Assembly: GCA_001189155.1 (NCBI GenBank)
Contig: LFCP01000004.1
Location: forward strand, 68,782-132,781
Reading direction: 5' to 3'
Origin: Parcubacteria bacterium C7867-006
GTDB taxonomy: Bacteria; Patescibacteriota; Minisyncoccia; Phycocordibacterales; DATDWN01
Length of the DNA stretch: 64,000 bases
In this document: positions 49,434 to 59,693 of the stretch, piece after piece
Position numbering within the stretch: the first letter of the stretch is position 1
How the letters are laid out: the number at the start of each line of letters is the position of its first letter
Position numbers and translations under genes: made by a program
Notes under the pieces: model-generated
Databases searched by the model: none
Seen by the model: only the letters and a program-made list of their open reading frames with translations
What the model was told of the DNA's origin: nothing

Positions 49434-49958
49434 TTATTTATTTTTATAATACTCCTCTTTCATTTCTATTGCCCGTTTTACAATATGATCACCAATCTCG
49501 CCCCAATCAAAATATTGTTTGTAATCTTTTGGATCAATTAACTTTATTTCAGTTATACTTCCATCTGGATCAGAAACAAAGTCTCCATACGGTTCAACTA
49601 TACAAAAATAGCGTAACTGATTAAATATTTTTCCATCAAAATGAACCTCTTGGTACCCAATTGGTGCAAACGAAAGAACTCTCATATTTGATTCTTCGTG
49701 AATTTCTCTTTTCAAACATTCTTCAAATGTCTCTCCATCCTCAATACTTCCTCCTGGCAAAATCCAGTGACCACCACCTTTACTACTATATACAACAACC
49801 ATGTTATCCCCAACAAAACAAACCCCATATGTTTGGGTTACCTTATTATCCAAAAGATGACTAAATGAATCTGCGTCTTCATAGGTGACTTCTGCTAGCT
49901 TACCTTCTTTGTCAGTGAATTGAGATTTAATTTGCATTATATTTATTTTAACTGACAA
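49434..49958 (-). CDS. NUDIX hydrolase (paralog 2)
   Basis: Nudix box PGGSIEDGETFEECLKREIHEESNM; about 55% identical to 47923..48477 incl. shared C-terminus WGEIGDHIVKRA. Confidence 0.8.
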   Translation of the reverse strand: MSVKINIMQIKSQFTDKEGKLAEVTYEDADSFSHLLDNKVTQTYGVCFVGDNMVVVYSSKGGGHWILPGGSIEDGETFEECLKREIHEESNMRVLSFAPIGYQEVHFDGKIFNQLRYFCIVEPYGDFVSDPDGSITEIKLIDPKDYKQYFDWGEIGDHIVKRAIEMKEEYYKNK

Positions 49959-50617
49959 TTTTTGTATGTCTGGGCACTGTTTGCTCCTTCTGTAATAAAT
50001 GCTGTGTCACCTTTGTTCCAGAAGACGAAAGTCTCATCAGTGTTTGCATATCTCGCACCAGATGCAGAGATAGCTCGAGGAACTCTCATACTTCTACCAT
50101 CACTAAGCTCCAAATCAACGAATTTGTCTTCACCGATATAAAAACTAGCTGTTATACTTTTTGAATCAGCACATGCAAAAACCACTTTCTTTGGAACAAC
50201 GACAGAACTTTTTTCTATTTTGAACTGACCACTTTCTGCTGTCACTGTATCTGTTATTGGAATAGAAGCATAACTGTTAACTCCTATAACATAGTTACCT
50301 GCTGGATACATATCTGAAACAGTCCAGTCCTGACTTCCAGTGTTTGGAAGATTGATAAAAACGATTGGATCAAACTCCTGACCTTCTTCTTGTAGAGGTG
50401 GCGGAGGAACCCTCCTGATTGTAATCGAAATTTTGTCTGTCGCTGGAATATTTTTAGTCTTCCATTTTATTACATAAACAGAACCCTCTGTTAAAACATC
50501 TCCACTCGCTGGAGAGAGCACCTGCATGGAAGGTTTTTTATCTACAGTGAAAAAATAACCAGCGATACAAATAGCAACTACCAACAAAACAATCAAAATG
50601 GCTTTGTTTTTGTTCAT
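49943..50617 (-). CDS. secreted protein with C-terminal MliC-like (lysozyme inhibitor) domain
   Basis: signal anchor; conserved Cys pair, SASGARY, FWNKGDTA resemble MliC. Confidence 0.5.
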   Translation of the reverse strand: MNKNKAILIVLLVVAICIAGYFFTVDKKPSMQVLSPASGDVLTEGSVYVIKWKTKNIPATDKISITIRRVPPPPLQEEGQEFDPIVFINLPNTGSQDWTVSDMYPAGNYVIGVNSYASIPITDTVTAESGQFKIEKSSVVVPKKVVFACADSKSITASFYIGEDKFVDLELSDGRSMRVPRAISASGARYANTDETFVFWNKGDTAFITEGANSAQTYKNCQLK

Positions 50618-50847
50618 AGCACCATTATATCAAATTAGCCTGATGTTTATTGCTTTCTCAAAAATGCAGTAGCAAAAATCCAAAAAAGTGGTAATATTGG
50701 CTTGTTAGTTAAACATATTGGGTGAGGTTGGGTTGGGACCCGACCGCAAGGCCGGAGCCTGACGAGGCGAGGAGGGGTCGCAAAAATTTTCACCAAAAAA
50801 TTATTTGTGACATCGACGACGATCTCACTTAATTTTATAAACCATAT

Positions 50848-50921
50848 TGGGAGATCGTCTAACGGTAGGACAGAGGCCTTTGAAGCCTTTAATTGGGGTT
50901 CGATTCCCTGTCTCCCAGCCA
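50848..50921 (+). tRNA. tRNA-Gln (anticodon UUG), CCA encoded
   Basis: cloverleaf folded by hand: acceptor U1-A72...7 bp, D-loop GG, AC loop cUUUGaa, T-loop TTCGATT, discriminator G, CCA. Confidence 0.85.
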
Positions 50922-51012
50922 GCTTGAGATAGTTTCGGACTCCGAGGAGGGTCGAAATGGCTCAAGTATCTATTCCGCCACCACATACCTGCTGAGAGCA
51001 GTATTCAAGACA

Positions 51013-51045
51013 AAAAATCACTGAGTTATATCAGTGATTTTTTGT
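51013..51045 (+). terminator. hairpin ATCACTGA-gttatat-TCAGTGAT plus T6
   Basis: seen directly downstream of tRNA. Confidence 0.6.
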
Positions 51046-51066
51046 TGTGCATAAGTATAACTTGAC

Positions 51067-51086
51067 TATACCCCCTAGGGGGTATA
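51067..51086. promoter_or_regulatory. perfect 20-bp palindrome TATACCCCCTAGGGGGTATA, candidate CsoR operator overlapping csoR promoter
   Basis: GC-rich palindrome of the known CsoR-operator style, 11 nt upstream of csoR ATG, flanked by TTGACT and TATATC. Confidence 0.5.
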
Positions 51087-51096
51087 TCATCTAACT

Positions 51097-51360
51097 ATGA
51101 ATATAAATAAATCTAAAATACTACGTAGGTTAAAAATTATTGAAGGGCAAGTTAGAGGACTGGGAGAAATGGTCGAAAAAGGTGCATATTGTATTGATGT
51201 CATAACCCAGGGTTCTGCAGTCAAACAAGGTATTTCAAATATTGAAGATATGCTCATGGAGCATCATCTTTCGCATTGCGTTGTTAAGCAAATAAAAGAA
51301 GGAAAACCAACAAAAGCTGTTGAGGAAGTTCTTAAGGTTTATAAACTTAAACGTAAATAA
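51097..51360 (+). CDS. csoR: CsoR/RcnR-family copper-sensing repressor
   Basis: 87 aa; C-H-C metal ligands (CIDV...HHLSHC). Confidence 0.8.
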   Translation: MNINKSKILRRLKIIEGQVRGLGEMVEKGAYCIDVITQGSAVKQGISNIEDMLMEHHLSHCVVKQIKEGKPTKAVEEVLKVYKLKRK

Positions 51361-51365
51361 AATAT

Positions 51366-53660
51366 ATGAATCATACTCAAACATATAAAATAAAAGGAAT
51401 GCATTGTGCATCATGTGCAAGCATCATTGAAAAAACTTTTAAAAAATCAGACGGTGTTCATTCGGTCGAAGTAAATTATGGAACTGAAACAGCTAAAATT
51501 GCTTTTGATGAATCAAAAACTAGTCCACATCATCTTTCTAAAAATATTGAAAAGTTGGGGTACTCCCTTGATATTCCTAGTGCTGAATCAATGGGCATGA
51601 GTGCTAATGAACACGCGGCTCATTTAGGCTTGAACCAATCAAAAAAAGAGAAATTGGCGGAAGTTGCAGACATGCGAACGAAAGTGCTTTCAGCTATTCC
51701 AATTGCTATTCTTGCTGCTTTTATTATGGGTTGGGATATATTTGCTGAATATAACATTGCTCCTGCAATGAGTTATACACTTAAGGAATTTTTCCATCAT
51801 CTCCTTCCAATACTTGCCACTTATATTTTGTTTGTAGTTGGCAAACCATACTTATTTGGTTTTTATAGATTTCTCCGATATGGCAAGGCAAACATGGACA
51901 CTCTTATTGGGATTGGTACCAGTACCGCTTTTTTATATAGTTTTGCTGTAACTGCATTCGAGGATGTTCTCCGCCCTTTTATTAATGTTGAATATCAATA
52001 CTATGATGTCACAATCGTGGTTATTACTTTTATCGCATTGGGTAAATATCTTGAAGCAAGATCAAAAATTAAAACTGGAGATGCTATTGAAAAACTTCTT
52101 AATCTTCAAGCAAAGACCGCACTCGTTATTCGTGATGGAAAAGAAGTTGAGATTTCAGTTAATGACGTTAAACATAATGATCTGATAATTGTTAAGCCTG
52201 GGGCAAAGATTCCAGTAGATGGTGTTGTAACCGAAGGTAGTTCTTTTATTGATGAATCCATGGTTACAGGAGAACCAATGCCAGTACAGAAAAAGGTTGG
52301 CGACAGTGTTGTGTCTGGAACGATTAACACCAATGGCTCATTCACTTTTAAGGCAACTAAAGTGGGGTCTGAAACATTACTTGCACAGATTATAAAGATG
52401 GTGGAGGAAGCTCAAGGAAGTCGTGCACCAATACAAGCTCTTGCAGACAAAATATCAGCAATTTTTGTACCAATTGTTCTGGTAATCGCTTTTCTCACTC
52501 TTGGAGCGTGGCTCATAGTCGGGTCTCAGTATTTAGGTTTCTCTCAAGCTCTTTCATTCGGGCTAGTTTCATTTGTTGGGATTCTCGTTATCGCATGTCC
52601 ATGCGCACTTGGTTTGGCTACACCGACTGCTATTATTGTTGGTGTCGGCAAAGGTGCCAAAGAAGGCATTCTTATTAAAGATGCGGCTACACTTGAAAAA
52701 CTCCATAAGGTAAACACAGTTGTAGTTGATAAGACAGGCACCATCACTATTGGTAAGCCAACTCTTGTCGATATTCAAAATAATTCAAATCTTAACGACG
52801 AAGAATTTATATCAATTCTCGCCTCACTTGAGAAAAAGTCAGAGCACCCAATTGCACACGCCATTGTAAACTACGCACAAGAAAAAAATATTCCAATATC
52901 AGAAGCTCTGGTATTTGAAGCAATACAAGGTAAAGGATTAAAAGGATCAATCAAAGGAACAGAATACTTCGTGGGTAATACAAAACTTGTAAGTGATCTT
53001 ATCCTTTCATTCGACAATATGAAATTGAATGAGTTTACATCACAAGGTAAAACTCCAGTTATTCTAGCAAGTAAAGAAAAAGTTCTCGGTTTTGTTATGG
53101 TCGCTGACGAGATAAAGCAAGAATCAAAGCAAGCTGTTTCTGATCTTCATGATTTAGGCGTCAAGGTTGTGATGCTTACAGGTGATGATGAAAAAGCTGC
53201 TAAATACATTGCATCACTTGTTGGTATTGATGAAGTTGTAGCCCATGTGTTGCCACAGGATAAACTTGAAAAGATAAAAGAACTTCAATCACATGGTCTA
53301 GTAGTTGCTATGGCAGGTGATGGTGTAAATGACGCCCCAGCACTCGCTCAAGCAGATGTTGGCATCGCTATGGGAACTGGAACAGATGTGGCAATAGAAT
53401 CAGCTGGCATTACACTTCTGGGCGGAGATATTTCAAAGCTGGTGAAAGCTATTAAGCTTTCTAAAATCACCATGAGAGGTATTAAGCAGAATCTTTTTTG
53501 GGCATTCATCTACAACATTGTTGGTATTCCTTTGGCCGCAGGAGCTTTGTACCCAGTTTTTGGGTGGCTATTAAATCCTGTATTTGCAGGATTTGCGATG
53601 GCAATGTCCTCAGTATCAGTAGTGTCAAATTCACTTCGTATTAAAGCGAAGAAATTATAA
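51366..53660 (+). CDS. copA: copper-translocating P1B-type ATPase
   Basis: [27 protein letters not shown]. Confidence 0.95.
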   Translation: MNHTQTYKIKGMHCASCASIIEKTFKKSDGVHSVEVNYGTETAKIAFDESKTSPHHLSKNIEKLGYSLDIPSAESMGMSANEHAAHLGLNQSKKEKLAEVADMRTKVLSAIPIAILAAFIMGWDIFAEYNIAPAMSYTLKEFFHHLLPILATYILFVVGKPYLFGFYRFLRYGKANMDTLIGIGTSTAFLYSFAVTAFEDVLRPFINVEYQYYDVTIVVITFIALGKYLEARSKIKTGDAIEKLLNLQAKTALVIRDGKEVEISVNDVKHNDLIIVKPGAKIPVDGVVTEGSSFIDESMVTGEPMPVQKKVGDSVVSGTINTNGSFTFKATKVGSETLLAQIIKMVEEAQGSRAPIQALADKISAIFVPIVLVIAFLTLGAWLIVGSQYLGFSQALSFGLVSFVGILVIACPCALGLATPTAIIVGVGKGAKEGILIKDAATLEKLHKVNTVVVDKTGTITIGKPTLVDIQNNSNLNDEEFISILASLEKKSEHPIAHAIVNYAQEKNIPISEALVFEAIQGKGLKGSIKGTEYFVGNTKLVSDLILSFDNMKLNEFTSQGKTPVILASKEKVLGFVMVADEIKQESKQAVSDLHDLGVKVVMLTGDDEKAAKYIASLVGIDEVVAHVLPQDKLEKIKELQSHGLVVAMAGDGVNDAPALAQADVGIAMGTGTDVAIESAGITLLGGDISKLVKAIKLSKITMRGIKQNLFWAFIYNIVGIPLAAGALYPVFGWLLNPVFAGFAMAMSSVSVVSNSLRIKAKKL

Positions 53661-53678
53661 AAATTAACTATAAATAAT

Positions 53679-54320
53679 ATGAATAATAAAATTGTATTTG
53701 GAATCGGAGGAATAATAATTGGTTTAGTTATTGCAATATTTTTTACAACAACTATATCTCCATATAGTAATGCTGGTTTTGGAATGATGGGATGGAGAAG
53801 TAATTCTGGCTCAAATCAAGGACTTACAGGTAACACTCAAGTAGCAAACAATATCGATAGACATTTTATTGAACAGATGATTCCGCATCATGATGGTGCT
53901 GTTGCTATGGCAAAGTTAGCATTAGAAAAATCAAAGCGTACAGAAATTAAAACTCTCGCTACTGCAATAATTGAAGGTCAAACAAAAGAAATTCAAGATA
54001 TGGAAGTTTGGTATAAGGATTGGTTTGGAAAAGATGTCCCACAGGTTAGCACTGGGATGATGGGTGGTGGGATGATGTCTTCTAGTGGAATGCATATGGG
54101 TGGGCAAGAAGATATGACTGTACTCGAAAATGCAAAAGATTTTGATAAGGCATTTCTTGAAGCAATGATTCCACATCACCAACTCGCTCTTATGATGGTA
54201 CGAATGTTGGAAGCAGGGTCAAATCGACCAGAAATGCTTCAGCTTGCAAAAAATATTACCAACTCGCAGTCGAAAGAGATACAGCAAATGCAGGCTTGGT
54301 ATGTGCAATGGTACAAGTAA
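53679..54320 (+). CDS. DUF305 domain protein (copper-resistance associated)
   Basis: duplicated MIPHHxxAVxMA motifs. Confidence 0.75.
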   Translation: MNNKIVFGIGGIIIGLVIAIFFTTTISPYSNAGFGMMGWRSNSGSNQGLTGNTQVANNIDRHFIEQMIPHHDGAVAMAKLALEKSKRTEIKTLATAIIEGQTKEIQDMEVWYKDWFGKDVPQVSTGMMGGGMMSSSGMHMGGQEDMTVLENAKDFDKAFLEAMIPHHQLALMMVRMLEAGSNRPEMLQLAKNITNSQSKEIQQMQAWYVQWYK

Positions 54321-54348
54321 ATTATTAAAAATAACTACACATAAATAT

Positions 54349-54570
54349 ATGAAAGTATCAAAAATAATACATGTCAGCAGTGTTGTGGTCGGTTTAATCG
54401 GAGTAATTTCATTTTTAGCTGCAGTTTTCGGAGGAGCTGACAATTCCGTATTGGGTGTAACTAAAATCGACGCTCTGCTCTGTGCCGGAATACTTATCCT
54501 TATTGCAACATGGCTTCAGGTCGCAACAATTCATCACATGATGCTTGAAAAGCGTGGTGAAAATATTTAA
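54349..54570 (+). CDS. small 2-TM membrane protein in copper operon
   Basis: start trimmed to MKVSKII so as not to overlap DUF305 gene. Confidence 0.4.
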   Translation: MKVSKIIHVSSVVVGLIGVISFLAAVFGGADNSVLGVTKIDALLCAGILILIATWLQVATIHHMMLEKRGENI

Positions 54571-54586
54571 ATTGTCGTAGTAATTT

Positions 54587-55594
54587 ATGAAAACATACAC
54601 ATTCCATGTTTCCGGAACTCATTGCCCATCATGTAAAATCTTCATTGAAGATGCTTTAAATGAGCAGATTGGTATCGATCGTACCGATGTTGATTTAAAG
54701 CACGAGATAGTAACAATCAACACCACTCTAGATGAAAACCAACATAAACTTGCAGAAATACTGACTGAAAAAATAAAACGTAATGGTTATTCTCTTTCAG
54801 TAGAAAAAAAAGATAAAGATAAGAAAGACGGCAGTGTTATTTGGCAAGCTCTACCTATTGGTTTAGCACTTCTAGCTCTTTTTTTCATTGTGCAGAAATC
54901 AGGAATACTGAACTTCGGATTAGGTGGAACTGTAACACCTGTCACTAGTTTTATCATTGGTCTCATTGCATCTGTTTCAAGTTGTCTTGCAGTTGTTGGA
55001 GGACTCGTCCTTTCTCTTTCAGCAACTGTGTCTCAGGATAAAATAAGTGACGTAAAACCGATGGTGCTTTTTCATGGAGGTCGACTTATTAGTTTCGCAA
55101 TACTTGGTGGTGTACTCGGTGCTATTGGTAGTGTGATTGGTATTAGTTTTACCTTTACTGCAATCCTCGGAATCATTGCATCAATTGTGATGATTGTACT
55201 CGGGCTTAATCTACTAGGGATTTTTGAGAAAAATATGATAGCTCTTCCTTCGGGGGCTTTCAACTTCTTTCGGAAGATGGAACACAAAACAATGGCTCCA
55301 CTATTAGTTGGTGTTGGTACATTTTTCCTACCTTGTGGATTTACTCAGGCAATGCAGGTCGCGGCACTTTCAAGCGGTTCGTTTCTTTCTGGATTTCTAA
55401 TTATGACAACTTTCGCTTTAGGCACTCTTCCTGTGCTCGCACTCTTGTCATTCGGATCAGCATCTTTTTCTCAATCAAAACATGCTCCTCTGTTCTTTAA
55501 ATCTGCTGGAGTTTTAGTAATTGGTCTTGGAGTCTTTGCACTTCTAGCTGGACTCGCAGGGTTAGGTGTTATTGACCCTTTATTTAACATATAA
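54587..55594 (+). CDS. HMA-like N-terminal domain fused to DsbD_2/CcdA-like membrane domain
   Basis: HCPSCKIFIEDAL metal site; TM Cys SSCLAV and FLPCGF. Confidence 0.65.
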   Translation: MKTYTFHVSGTHCPSCKIFIEDALNEQIGIDRTDVDLKHEIVTINTTLDENQHKLAEILTEKIKRNGYSLSVEKKDKDKKDGSVIWQALPIGLALLALFFIVQKSGILNFGLGGTVTPVTSFIIGLIASVSSCLAVVGGLVLSLSATVSQDKISDVKPMVLFHGGRLISFAILGGVLGAIGSVIGISFTFTAILGIIASIVMIVLGLNLLGIFEKNMIALPSGAFNFFRKMEHKTMAPLLVGVGTFFLPCGFTQAMQVAALSSGSFLSGFLIMTTFALGTLPVLALLSFGSASFSQSKHAPLFFKSAGVLVIGLGVFALLAGLAGLGVIDPLFNI

Positions 55595-55609
55595 TCTTAT
55601 TAATAATCT

Positions 55610-56008
55610 ATGCAAAAAAATACAATCATATCAATCATTATTAGCATCGCTTTGATTGGCGGAACGCTTTACTTTATTTCTGACAGGTCAACATCCTCGG
55701 TTGGTGAAGTCGCACAATCACAGAATGTTGAAATTAAGGATGGTGTGCAATATGTAACAATAACAGCAAAAGGAGGCTATTCTCCACGAATCACAGAAAT
55801 TAAAGGAGGACTGCCTACTAAATTGATTGTAAAAACAGATGGGACATATGATTGTTCAGCATCGCTCGTGGTTCGACCTGTTGGTTTCCAAAAAATATTG
55901 CAACCAACAGGTGAAGAGGTCATAGATTTAGGCACTCCAAAATCTGGAGACAAAGTGCAGGGTGTGTGTGGAATGGGAATGTACAATTTTCAGATAAAGG
56001 TAAGTTAA
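55610..56008 (+). CDS. membrane-anchored cupredoxin-like small protein
   Basis: TM anchor; C...C..M.M pattern (DCSAS...GVCGMGMYNF). Confidence 0.4.
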   Translation: MQKNTIISIIISIALIGGTLYFISDRSTSSVGEVAQSQNVEIKDGVQYVTITAKGGYSPRITEIKGGLPTKLIVKTDGTYDCSASLVVRPVGFQKILQPTGEEVIDLGTPKSGDKVQGVCGMGMYNFQIKVS

Positions 56009-57331
56009 TTAATCGAGTGTTATCTTTTTATTATTTAACAATATTTTACTATTCAAACAGCCTAATAATTCTCTTTTCTCTAAACCACTAGCTTCCTGTA
56101 AGACATACTTTGCATAATTTCGTATATCAATGTCATTAACCTCAATTTTTTCTTTTGACCCGATGATTATTCGTTGAAATTTTTTAACTCTTTCTACTTC
56201 AGTTTTAATTTTTTCTTTTATACCTAATTCATCTAGGTTAATTTTATTCATTAGTTGAACAAGTTGTTCAATCAAATCTTCTTCATTTATGTATCCTGAT
56301 TTACAGTGTTTATCTTTAAACTTAGTGCAACCGTAGTAAACGTAACGATGTACATTTCCATTTTTCTGCTTTTTAAATTTCTCATCTGCCGTAATACCAG
56401 ATCCGCATAAACCACATGTCATTAATTTTGTGAAGGCAAATTCTTTATCTTCTACTCGGATAATTTGTCCATTTATTTGAGCTTGAACCTGATCAAAAAG
56501 TTCTTTTGTAATTAGAGGTTCGTGTACACCCTTATACCAAAGACCACTTTTCTTAGGGAACTCAAAAGTGCCATAATAAAAATCGCTTTTTAGAATTAAA
56601 TAAATATTGCTTAAGGTTAATCCTTTGTTTCCGTTAGGGGTTTTAAAGTTAAGTTCAAATTTGAGCCAATGAAATATCTTTTTACCACTCCACTTTTCGT
56701 ATGCAACTTTCTCAAACATTTTTTTAATAACATGACCTCGGTCTGGATCAATATACACACAACCTTTTCTATCAACCCTCATTTCATTGAGGTATCCCAT
56801 GGGAGCGGGTGCTGGCCATAAACCCATCTCACATCTAGTTCTCAATCCACGCTTAACATTGATGCTTTTATTATCGTTCTCAAGTTTTGCTTGAGAACAC
56901 AAAATCATTAATAAGAACTTTTCGTTTGGTGAATTCTGGAATGACTGACCATAAGTTCTAATTTGATGTAGTTTCTTTTCATCCATCAGGTCTACCAATG
57001 TGCCGAGGTCACCAGCATTTCTGCTTAAACGATCTGGTGCCCATGTCAAAATACCAGTGTACCTTCCAGAATTTAGATCTCGAATAAGCTCATTAAACAC
57101 AGGTCTTTGACCTGATGCTTTTGCAGAGTGAGACTCACGCCTAATATCTACTACCTCAAGATTATCTCTTTCCGCAATCTGTAGCATCTCTTTTACTTGA
57201 GAGTCAATTGATAATGCCTGTTTCTCGTCAGATTCAGTTGATTTACGAGCATATAGGCAATATCTCACTTTATCTATAGGCACTACATCTGGAGCCCATA
57301 TTTGAGCCCCTCTGTTTATTACTGCTTCCAT
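56009..57331 (-). mobile_element. large serine recombinase (resolvase/integrase) gene
   Basis: N-terminal resolvase domain YARKSTESDEKQALSIDSQ, recombinase domain, C-terminal zinc ribbon CGLCGS...C. Confidence 0.85.
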
Positions 57332-57373
57332 ACCTATATTGATGACGCAATGGTTCTGGGAGTCAAGGAGAAA

Positions 57374-57949
57374 TTAAGTATCTTTGTCCACATCTGGATC
57401 CAGCATCTTTTTGGCTATTTCTTCCTTCTCAAAATCAATCTTCCATTCTTTGTAGGATGCATTGAATATGTCTATTAGATTTTGCTCATCGTTACAGAAT
57501 ATTTTAATAAAAGGTTCAAATATATGGTAAGCAATATCTTCCTCATAATTCTTTTCAAGATTGTGAATAATTGCAAACATACTTTCGAAATTGTTACCGT
57601 TCTCTAGAGGTTTCTTTACAATGTCGGTATCTCTGGTCAACAAGGAACTATAATGTATACCTTTTTCTTTTTGCATATACCTCGAATCATTATGAGATAA
57701 CCAAAAAGTCGCAGACTTATGTTCTCCTCGTTGGACTCCTTTTATAATTACAGTTTCAGCAGATCCGTTTATAGCTTCTCGTCCAACAAATAAAGCCATG
57801 ATGACTTTTTTATGAAAGGATTGGTGTCGCATAATCCATCTATAAAAAGTACTATGGTCTATTCCAACTTTATTGCAGACATATCGAATATTTGGAATTA
57901 TTTCTAATTCCTTAACAATTCTTTTGGTTATGTCATCTCCATACCTCAT
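57374..57949 (-). CDS. phage-like HTH protein (terminase-small-subunit-like N-terminus)
   Basis: N-terminal HTH; context next to recombinase. Confidence 0.3.
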   Translation of the reverse strand: MRYGDDITKRIVKELEIIPNIRYVCNKVGIDHSTFYRWIMRHQSFHKKVIMALFVGREAINGSAETVIIKGVQRGEHKSATFWLSHNDSRYMQKEKGIHYSSLLTRDTDIVKKPLENGNNFESMFAIIHNLEKNYEEDIAYHIFEPFIKIFCNDEQNLIDIFNASYKEWKIDFEKEEIAKKMLDPDVDKDT

Positions 57950-57951
57950 AG

Positions 57952-59223
57952 CTAATTTATCTTATGAGCCTTGTCACCGGTAAAGATTTCATACCTTTTA
58001 ATTATTAAATCTACAAAGACTGGGTCGATTTCAACCATAAAACACTTTCTTTTAAGTTGGTGAGATGCAATAAGTTCTCCGCCACTTCCACCGAAAAGAG
58101 AAAGGATATTGTCTCCGATTTTTGTACAGCGTTTAATTGGTTTGTCGTGAAGAGTGATTGGCTTTTCTGTTGGATGTTCGTAGAGGTTTCCAGATAATCT
58201 TCGTATTGCCCACACATCAAACATTTCCATATAGTTTTCAATCATCTCATTACCGGTACCAATATCTTTATTTAACACTTCATCATAATTTCTATGATGT
58301 GGAGAAAGATAGGGCTTTCCTTTTGTTCCATAAACACACGGTTCATACACTTTGGAAAATGCTATTTGAGGGGTTGGGTTAGCTATTCCTTTTAACCATA
58401 TACAGATTCTCTTAAAATCAATACCGATTTCTTTATAGATGGAAGCAATAAGTGGTGTATACGTTTGATCACAGTAATAGAAGAAGTGAGCATTGGTGTT
58501 TGTAACAGCAAAAGCGTTTTTAATTGTTTTCTTTAGAAACTCCTCGTAATCTTTATCATTTTTATTATCAGTACTTGAACCGCCATAGTTTTTAGTTCCT
58601 CCAATTCCATTTTTGTAGGATAGGTTAATGTTGTAAATTGGGTCACAATAAACCATATCAATTTTCTCCTGACCAACGACTTTTTCTACTGACTTAATGT
58701 CGGTAGAGTCACCACACAATAGTCTGTGTGGGCCAAGTTGATACAAATCACCAAGTTTACTTTTTGGTTTTTTTATTTTCTCTAACTCCTTTTCAGTAGA
58801 GAATCCATCCTCTTCCGTATCCAGATCAATAAATACTCCATCGAGTTCCTCGTCTGAAAAACCAATATCTTCAAGAAATTTTTCATCAAACTCACTTAAT
58901 AGCTCAATATCAAATTCACCTTGATTCTTATGTAAACGAATAGCAAGTTCCTTTTCCTTATCAATCTCTGAAATACTTGTGTACACAACTGGTACTTCTT
59001 TGATACCGAGTTCTTTTGCAACCCTTAAACGACCATGACCACCAATTAGAATGTTTTTCCTATTGGGTGCGCCATTTAGAATTAAAGGGTCAACAAAACC
59101 AAATCTTTTTACAGATTCAGATATTTGAGTGAGTTGTTCCTTCGAGAACTTTTTTGGATTGTACTCATTAGGTTTAATTTTACTCACAGGCACATAACAA
59201 ACAGACAACTTTTCATTGTTCAT
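57952..59223 (-). CDS. ParB-like nuclease domain fused to beta-class N6/N4 DNA methyltransferase
   Basis: ParB N-terminus; DPIYNIN (DPPY) then FGGSGGE SAM motif (motif IV before I). Confidence 0.75.
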   Translation of the reverse strand: MNNEKLSVCYVPVSKIKPNEYNPKKFSKEQLTQISESVKRFGFVDPLILNGAPNRKNILIGGHGRLRVAKELGIKEVPVVYTSISEIDKEKELAIRLHKNQGEFDIELLSEFDEKFLEDIGFSDEELDGVFIDLDTEEDGFSTEKELEKIKKPKSKLGDLYQLGPHRLLCGDSTDIKSVEKVVGQEKIDMVYCDPIYNINLSYKNGIGGTKNYGGSSTDNKNDKDYEEFLKKTIKNAFAVTNTNAHFFYYCDQTYTPLIASIYKEIGIDFKRICIWLKGIANPTPQIAFSKVYEPCVYGTKGKPYLSPHHRNYDEVLNKDIGTGNEMIENYMEMFDVWAIRRLSGNLYEHPTEKPITLHDKPIKRCTKIGDNILSLFGGSGGELIASHQLKRKCFMVEIDPVFVDLIIKRYEIFTGDKAHKIN

Positions 59224-59552
59224 AATATTTTATTGCTAACTAATAAGAGAGAAGGGCTTTTAAAGAAAAAGCCACTTCTTATAACTCTGCAGTAAACAAA
59301 GTTATCCGAATGAGTGACATTTTAGGTAGACTATCTAGGTTTGTATTCAAATTATAGAACGATAGGGGCCAAAAAGTCGATATGACTTATCCACAGATAT
59401 TTAATCATGTCAAGAGTGTAAAGAATGTAAATCGCTTCGCAGGGATTGAGTGATGTGATAGGGTGGAAAAATAGCACCCAAAAGTGCTATGATAAGAGCA
59501 CAATTTAATAAGTATAAGTAGCCTAAACCTAGTTTTCACTAGGCATGGTGAA

Positions 59553-59690
59553 AAGTCCTATCAAGCATAAAGAACCCATCATGGGGTCGCTTGATAGGCC
59601 ATATCGGGAAACCGGTATGAGAGACTTCGGTCTCTACCCGTGGTGGGCTTTTTGTGTATCTGCCACGGCATTAGCAAGTCCTATCAAGCA
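59553..59690 (+). promoter_or_regulatory. structured leader: 15-nt direct repeat AAGTCCTATCAAGCA (59553 and 59676) plus inverted partner GCTTGATAGG (59589) and hairpin GAGAGAC-ttcg-GTCTCT followed by T5
   Basis: seen directly; second repeat covers the RBS of the HNH gene; middle arm can pair with either flanking copy. Confidence 0.3.
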
Positions 59691-59693
59691 AAA

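Noticed and set aside
54244-54348. N-terminal 35 codons of ORF 54244..54570
   Set aside because: Overlaps the DUF305 gene in another frame; hydrophobic membrane protein sequence begins at the internal ATG at 54349.
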